Shown here: in pieces, positions 49,197-64,000 of the stretch
Numbering within the stretch: position 1 is the stretch's first letter
How the letters are laid out: the number at the start of each line of letters is the position of its first letter
Assembly: GCA_012295275.1 (NCBI GenBank)
Contig: CM022667.1
Coordinates: 13,640,001 to 13,704,000 of the forward strand
Length of the DNA stretch: 64,000 bases
Source: Chrysomallon squamiferum
Lineage: Eukaryota > Animalia > Mollusca
Direction of reading: 5' to 3'
The notes under the pieces: model-generated
What the model was told of the DNA's origin: nothing
What the model saw: only the letters and a program-made list of their open reading frames with translations
The model's database searches: none
Program-made: the position numbers and the translations under genes

Positions 49197-49640
49197 GACA
49201 CGCACACACACACACAAATATATATAAAAAATACTTTAAATTAATTGAAACACTCACACAGAAAGACAGTAATAACAATTTAATAAAAATATGTATATAC
49301 TTTAAAAAATGTATTAGTCTTTCTGTGTGTGTGTGTCTTTAATGAATTTAAGGTATTTTGTGTGTGTGTTTATTTGTACCTGCACTCAAGTAAAAGTGCG
49401 TCCAGCCAGGTGAAGCTGAAAATCTTGCTGAATTTATAAATCTCAAATAATGCAGACGACAAGTTCCATACACGTTGTACGAAAACCAAATACAGGAAGT
49501 ATTATCTGCGCATCGTGTCCCACAATCCCTTTGTGATGTGATTGTTTCAGCAGAAGATATGAGAGCCTGGTTTATCTGAACATTATCAAAATCAGGATTT
49601 TTATCCACATCATTATCGTGTTGCACCTGTGATGATGATG

Positions 49641-49708
<68 letters not shown>

Positions 49709-50034
49709 TGAATTAGTAAAGATAGATTAGTTTGGTTACATTATCACCATCTCGGAATATTTTGTTTATTTTTACCTACCATAACCACCACTCTACTATT
49801 AACAGTAAAAGAAATTTAAAATAAAGTAACGAAAAATTAATTTCTGTTTGGTTTGATTTGATTTTATAACGTCAGATTTCTCTTATTGCAATATCAAAGA
49901 ATTATATACGTTGTAAATTTTATCTCTATTATCAGATATAGTTATCAATATATAAAAACAGATATTACCTACCTCTCGTTACTATGGCAACAGATTACAA
50001 AAGTTACCAGCAAAATAAATGGCGAATAATCCAT
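48382..50034 (-). pseudogene. PAN/apple + C-type lectin copy E (paralogue of B); single -1 frameshift in exon 2 as assembled (intact if homopolymer error)
   Basis: Exons 50034-49973, 49626-49380 (247 nt; A5 at 49598-49602 where B has A6), 49010-48825 and 48602-48382 (EPHNSNGNEDCVMLRFPLNKWHDVLCSTKENYICEKPM*). Confidence 0.75.
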
Positions 50035-50892
50035 CTCTCGCAAGTATGAAAGAATTTCAACCAAACTGTCCGGTGTAATAATTTGTACTACGCAGTGAGT
50101 ATCTGTATTTGGTTCGGACTGAATATTGATTATTGATTCTCTTTCCAGGAGAAGCAAATTCGAATAGAGAAGTCCACGATTTGAGACAATGTGTCTGGTG
50201 TTGTATTAATGAGAATATTATCAAATATCTGATGACAAACAACATTAATTTTTGTAGTCTGGCATACTATGGAAGTTTTCTTTTTTGTATGGCGTGCAGA
50301 TAAATAGACTGACAAAAAATCAATGAGATCTTTTATAATATAAATAAGTATAGCTCTACTGAATAGTTTAAATACTGACTACATGTATATTAACAGAGAC
50401 GATTAAATAAATTGTGAAAACATAAGTATATAGAGAAAATTAATTTTTAATTAGGATTAAGGTGTAATCTTTGTTGGTTTTCAAGTATCGACATTTCAGT
50501 AGTGTTTTGTTAATATTTTGCTTTGTGATTTAATAAATAGATTTGAAAGAACTCATTCATATTTTCTAACATAACATAATCCCTCACGACACTGACACGT
50601 GGAAAACACGAGACATAATATGCCGAAAACACGTGTGTGTTTCACGTGAAATACGCATGAAATCCACGATGTTTTGCACAAATGTCACACGTGTTTTTTT
50701 GCACGTTTTATCCATTTGTTTATAGTTCATAAAAAAAATTAATTGAAAATCCAAGAGATTTCCACATATTTTCCGTGTGATATCAGTCTTTATTGGCAAT
50801 AAGCATGTCAAATCCATGAGGGTTCCATGTTTAACTCGTATTTCTTCACGAGGTACTTTGGCTCCTGCTAATACCTGCCAGTGCAGGGGCAA

Positions 50893-50927
<35 letters not shown>

Positions 50928-51610
50928 TTGATGTGTTTTCATCCATTGAAGCAGGATCTGTGAAGTATTGTACTTTAAGCAAATTAATGCTATAATTAAT
51001 TAATTGGAACTAATAAAAAGTTTCATTTTGGTATGTAACTCGTGTTTATTGGTTAAAAACTATATGAGATATTCAGTGTTTATGTTGCCTATATTTTGTT
51101 TATTATGTTATTTGGAATCTTTATTTATTACGATTATTATTATTTTAATGAAAATTCCCTAATCAAACCACTTTTTTCATTGTTTTAAAAGTATGCAGCA
51201 ATACACTGGTTTCGAACTATATACAAAATTTGTTGTTTTGTACTGTTGGATTTTGTTTTCTTATTGTTGCTTTATATATATCTGAGGATAGAGATAATAT
51301 ATATATAGATATATATGCTTATATAGATATATAGATATAGATAGATATATATAAACATCTTATATTCTTACGTTAAGTAATTAATGAATAAAACTAACTA
51401 TATTAATTGGAAATGCCTTAAATCTCAATAAAATCTTAAAAAGTGAACATGAAATTAAAAAAATGATAATTTAATCTGTGATCCGTTTGACTTGATTTTA
51501 TGACGACAGGTTTCTCTTATTGCAATATCAAACAATTATCTTCATTGTAAATTTTATCTCTATCCACAGAAAAAGATAGAAATGTTCTTTAAACAACAAA
51601 ACATACTTAC

Positions 51611-51672
51611 CTTTCGTCACCATGGCAACATATTACAAATGCTACCAACGAAATAAACGGTGAGTACTTCAT
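51611..51672 (-). other. Additional C-type lectin exon 1 upstream of copy E
   Basis: MKYSPFISLVAFVICCHGDE AG|GTAAGT, 62 nt; paralogue of 15337-15398. Confidence 0.75.
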
Positions 51673-52009
51673 CTCTGGCAGATGACTCATACTAGGTGTG
51701 TGTAATATGTATCTGTATTCAGTTCGGGTTAAATATTGATAATTTTTCCAAATATTGATAAAATGTACCGCTTCAATTAAATCTTCAGAACTAGATCTCA
51801 CAAAATAATAGTATTTTCTAAAGGATTAATTATCATATCAAATCTTTTATTCACTTTGTATTATAAAATATTGGAGGTGTTTTTCTTTTTATAAATCATT
51901 AGACAACATTTTTGTGCCTTTAAATGACTGGATTAAATTGTTAAACAACAATAATAATATTCATATGATATTCTTTTAAAATAAATATTAATGTGTAAAA
52001 CTAATACCT

Positions 52010-52225
52010 AATACACATTTGTGTACAGCGACTAAATAAATACTAGTGCATACTGCTATATTCAATATACGTTTCTGTGTGTAGTGATTAAATAAATATT
52101 AGTGTATACTGTTATATTCATTAGACGTTTGTGTGTAGTTATTAAATAAATACTAGTGTGTACTGTTATATTCATTACACGTTTGTGTGTAGTGTTTAAA
52201 TAAATATTAGTGTATACTGTTATAT
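52010..52225. repeat. 54-bp minisatellite, ~4 units (paralogue of 18357-18680)
   Basis: Unit starts at 52046, 52102, 52156 and 52210. Confidence 0.85.
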
Positions 52226-53428
52226 TTCACGGTTGTGTGCTGTCATCTTTACTCTGTTGATATCAACGATCGTGACTAATATTATGGTAATTATGACATT
52301 GACTAAAATATTTTTGATAGATTGTATTGTTGTGTAGAAAATTTAAAATAATTAAATAAACAATAATTTTTCTTATGTAGTATATAGTACTACTATACAT
52401 ATTATTTTAATAAACAACAGAGCAAGTCATTATTATTCAAGGTTCACCAATGGAATTTAATTTTTAATCATTCAGAGACGGGTGTAAATGTATACAAAAT
52501 CAGTAAATCAATGTAAACCGATATCTGTTTCTTTGTTCGTTTGTTTTTGATGAGTTCTAGTTTGAGTTATTGTTCTTCTGTTTTACTATTCTCTTTCATT
52601 TTTCACCTGTTTCTTGTTTCTGCTGTATTTATTATAATATAATTTACTTGTTCTTATTATTGCTGTTGTCGTTGTAGTTGTGATTTGTTACTTTAATCAA
52701 TTTGATAAAATACAAATTCTCTGCTAGAGATAAAAATATGCAAGTGTTCATGTTGTCTTCGTTATTATTAATCATCTAGCAAGGGGATATATTATTTTCG
52801 TATATACTTTTATTCGAGTATAGGAAAATATAATGTTCCCATGTAAATATGGATTATTATTTGTGGCTCTATAAGCATTTGTAGTACTAGTTGCTATTAT
52901 TGTCGTCGTTGCTGTTGTAATTGTAATAGAAGTAACAATTCATTAAAAGACATGCTTCACTTTCTTATCAGGGAAATCTATGCGATAACTTTTTATTTTA
53001 TTGCCCTTGTTTTGTGTTGGGCTGTTGTTTTGTTGCCTCTTTCTTTCATTTTGTTCTTTTTTTTTTCCATGGATATTTGTCTCTTCTTTTGTTTCATTAT
53101 GTCTCGATTTAATGCCTTTTGCTAAGGTCATCATAGTTACTTTTTATTGTTCCATATGTAAATATATAAACTATCGTTTGTTAATTGTAATTTTGTTTAT
53201 ATCTATTTGTCATGTACATTAGAGCTTAATTAGATTTATTTTAATTCTGAGTAACCTTCCTTGGCTAAATGTTTGATTTAATTATAAAACGATGGAAACA
53301 AGTGCTGATTATTTCCTACTTACGATCGGGTTACGTTTAAACTGACAATGTTACAAATAATTTACTTACGTTTCTTGCGTGGATTATTTTGAATTGTTTT
53401 TAGTAGAGCAGAAATACTGAACATATTG

Positions 53429-55066
<1,638 letters not shown>

Positions 55067-56292
55067 CTCTCGCGAATATGAAAGAATTTCAACCAAACTG
55101 TCCGGTGTAATAATTTGTACTACGCAGTGAGTATCTGTATTTGGTTCGCACTGAATATTGATTATTGATTATCTTTCCAGGAGAAGAAAATTCGAATAGA
55201 GAAGTCCACGATTTGAGACAATGTGTCTGGTGTTATTAATGAGAATATTACCAAATCCCTGATGACAAACAACATTAATTTTTGAACTCTTGCATTATAT
55301 GCAATTTTACTTTTTTGTATTACTGACAAAATAATCAATGAAAAATTTCATAATGCAAACAAAGGTCGCTGTATTTTATATAAATGGGTCTTTATATTAA
55401 CAGAGACGATTAAATAAACTGTAAAAACATAATTAGGAACAAGTTGTAATCTTTCTTGGTTTACAAGTGTCGACATTTCAGTAGAGCTGTGTGATATAAT
55501 AAAAATGCTGGTTGGTTTTGAAAGGATTGATTCATATTTTCTAACATAACAAAATCCCTTACGACACTGACTAGTAGAAAAAGCGTCAGCTAATATGCCG
55601 AGAACACGTGTTTGTTTCAAGTGAAATCCGCATAAATTCACAATAATTTGCAAAAATATCACACGTTTTTTTATGTTATCCAAGTGTTTATTGTTCGAAA
55701 AAAGTCCACGAGATTTAAGATATCAATAGGTTTATCCTTCATAAGCATTTTAAATCCATGAAGGTTCCATATAGAACTCATATTTCTTTACATGGTACTT
55801 TGGCTCCAGATAATACCTGGCAAACCAAATGATTTTTGTGTGAGATGGTTGATGTGTTTTCATCCATTGAAACAGGATCTTAATGTTCTAAACCTGTTTA
55901 TATACACGTTTAATATCTGTAGAATCTTTGAGGTATAATAAAGAAGGTAGGTACGTTTGAGCTAATTAATCCTAAAAATAAATTAATGAGTCAAATTTAT
56001 GAATGTTCGCAACATGTTAATAAATAATGCATTTAATATAATACTTATATATTCGTTTAAAACTATATGAGTAACTCAGTGTTTATGTTGCCAAACGACT
56101 GAAACGAATGACAGTTTCTCCGTAGATTAAGAAGTAAAAATTACAATGAAATTTATTCAGACACAAATTTGTCAATTATTTCATATCAGTGATATCAAGA
56201 TATCTTGATCTTATTTTAATCTGTTTTTGCTAGTTTAATAATATAGAATAATAGATAGTAAAACACTGGTTTCGAACTAGATACAAAATCAC

Positions 56293-61024
<4,732 letters not shown>

Positions 61025-61034
61025 TATTATTATG

Positions 61035-61099
<65 letters not shown>

Positions 61100-62689
61100 C
61101 TGGTATATTACTATTTAGAATTTATTATTATACATACATATAAACATACGTATATATACATCATTTAATTAAAGAGAAAAACAACAAACCAACCTAAAAA
61201 CTCTCTGTATTTATGAATTCGAGCCAAAATAAAAATACAAAAGGTTCTAAAAAATACATCGACTTGTAAACCAGTATAGGTACCTTTAAAATTCAGGCCA
61301 ATCGACATAACATTAGAGAGATTGTTTTTCTTTTCTTTTTTTAAATTAATGTTGTGAATGTCAGTTTAGATGTTGATTATTTTATTCGTAAATGAATAGA
61401 GAAAGATATTGATTTAAGGAACCATTGTTTGTAATATATAGTACACTGATTTGCGTAAATCATTTATTTCTCTCTCAATTTTTTTTATGTGATTATTATT
61501 ATTATTATTTTGTTAATAAAATTCATCTTACGATTGGCAGTATCAAAATGAAAAAAGATAAAACATCTTTTGGTTCTTCTTCTTCCTAGCTATTACAATA
61601 TTGATTGTGTCAAGCTGACAAAACATTTAATGAATTTCATTTTCCCAGAGGAACAATCCTGGTCGTCTGTGAATATTTAATAATATTTTGTCACTTGAAA
61701 CGATTATTATCAAGAAAATAATTGTTTCAGCATGTCACACATCAGTTATATTTCTGGATTTGTTGATTCTTTTTCTTTCGAATTTTCAGTTTTCTGCTTA
61801 ATCTTTGCTTTATGATTAACGTTCGTAGTAGTAGCGTGAATAATAGAAGTACAAACAATTAAGTAAGCATTATAAATATTAGTAACAGTAACGTAATTAG
61901 TAGTGGCAGTAACAGAAGCAAAGACGTAAATAGCAGAACCAGTAGTAGTAGCGATAACACTAACACAAGTAGTAGGAGTAGTAAGTAGTATAACAATAAC
62001 GTAATTAGAAGTAGTAGAAGTAGTGGTAGTGGTGTAGTAGTTGTAGTAGCAGCAATTGTAGTAGTAGTAGCAGCAGTGATAGTAGTAGTTGTAGTAGAAG
62101 TATTAGTGTTTTTTCTCTCCTTTAGAAGTGAATATTTAATTATGTGTGAACGAAACAAAGGTTTTGGTTGAATTGTCAGTATCAAGTATAACAGAAGCAG
62201 TACAGTTGTAATCGGTTCATTTGGTGTTATTTTCTTTGTATTACCTCCCTTGTGCTCGCTATATGTTTATTCTTGTTATAAATATTTAATTTTCAATTTG
62301 AATATAGATAGATACGCTTCGTGTGAGTGGACTGAAAAGTATTTAACTTGTTTATAGCTTGAATTCTTTCAACAACATCGGTAGACAGACACACAGAAAC
62401 ACAGACGTGCTGTTATTAGCTGTTTTTCATTTCTTCAATATATTCACTTAGATGTATTTTAAACTGATAGTATTTCTCTCTTTTTTTATCCTTTTTTTTT
62501 TTTTTTTTTTTTTTTCTGAAGTCACAGTGATCAGAACTGGTAATCATTACTACGTTGATTATTTTTTATATACTAATTTTAACAAGATATTGTGTTTTAT
62601 TTGTTCCTTTCGAGTTTTTATTTTTATTATAAAAAGAACATCCCACCTTTTGATCTAATTTGTTTGATCTTTTACTAGCAACTGCTGCA

Positions 62690-63670
<981 letters not shown>

Positions 63671-64000
63671 TGAATAAACAACAAAAAGTGTAATTTATTT
63701 ATATATTTGTTTGTTTTATCTATACGTCCATGCGATTAAAAAAATGAAAAATGTAATTATCATTATCACCAACCTGTCATTCATACATTTCTTGATTCAT
63801 TCATTTAAAAAAAAAAAAATTACGTACGCTTATAGCCGCAAAATAAAAAATGAAAAGAACAACAGCAGTAAGAGAAAAGGAATAAACAAATGAGATGTAG
63901 TACAGATATTAAATGATGATTATTTCGTAGAAGAATTAAACAACATTGAAGGGATTAAAAAAAAATATGATCGATGAAAAAATAAAAAATGAAGAAAATA

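Overview
Very AT-rich, microsatellite-dense eukaryotic genomic DNA with spliceosomal introns; gene content and repeat style suggest a mollusc or other lophotrochozoan (inference). Almost all ORFs in the supplied track are microsatellite artefacts or exon fragments. The window holds a tandem cluster of 4-exon minus-strand genes for a secreted ~238-aa PAN/apple + C-type lectin protein. Copies A (1748-3353) and B (11880-13587) are intact. C (20169-21835) and E (48382-50034) each carry one -1 homopolymer frameshift at the same site. F (53429-55066) is a chimeric pseudogene. There are also orphan exons (exon 3 at 1-51, extra exon 1 at 15337 and 51611, dead exon 4 at 43642) and a divergent plus-strand relic near 63 kb. 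Inside the cluster lies a 3-exon gene that the ORF track does not show as a gene (16415-17926, minus). It encodes a 107-aa secreted protein with an (Asn-Gly)n tract and an Asp-rich 7-Cys tail, resembling shell-matrix/biomineralisation proteins. Other features are three copies of one decayed Tc1 transposon spread by segmental duplication, an 11.4-kb satellite of 24 x ~472 bp with an alternating dimeric higher-order structure, a 54-bp minisatellite, a probable short LTR with a perfect hairpin, and long direct and inverted duplications. All coordinates were derived by hand; no rRNA, tRNA or CRISPR was seen.
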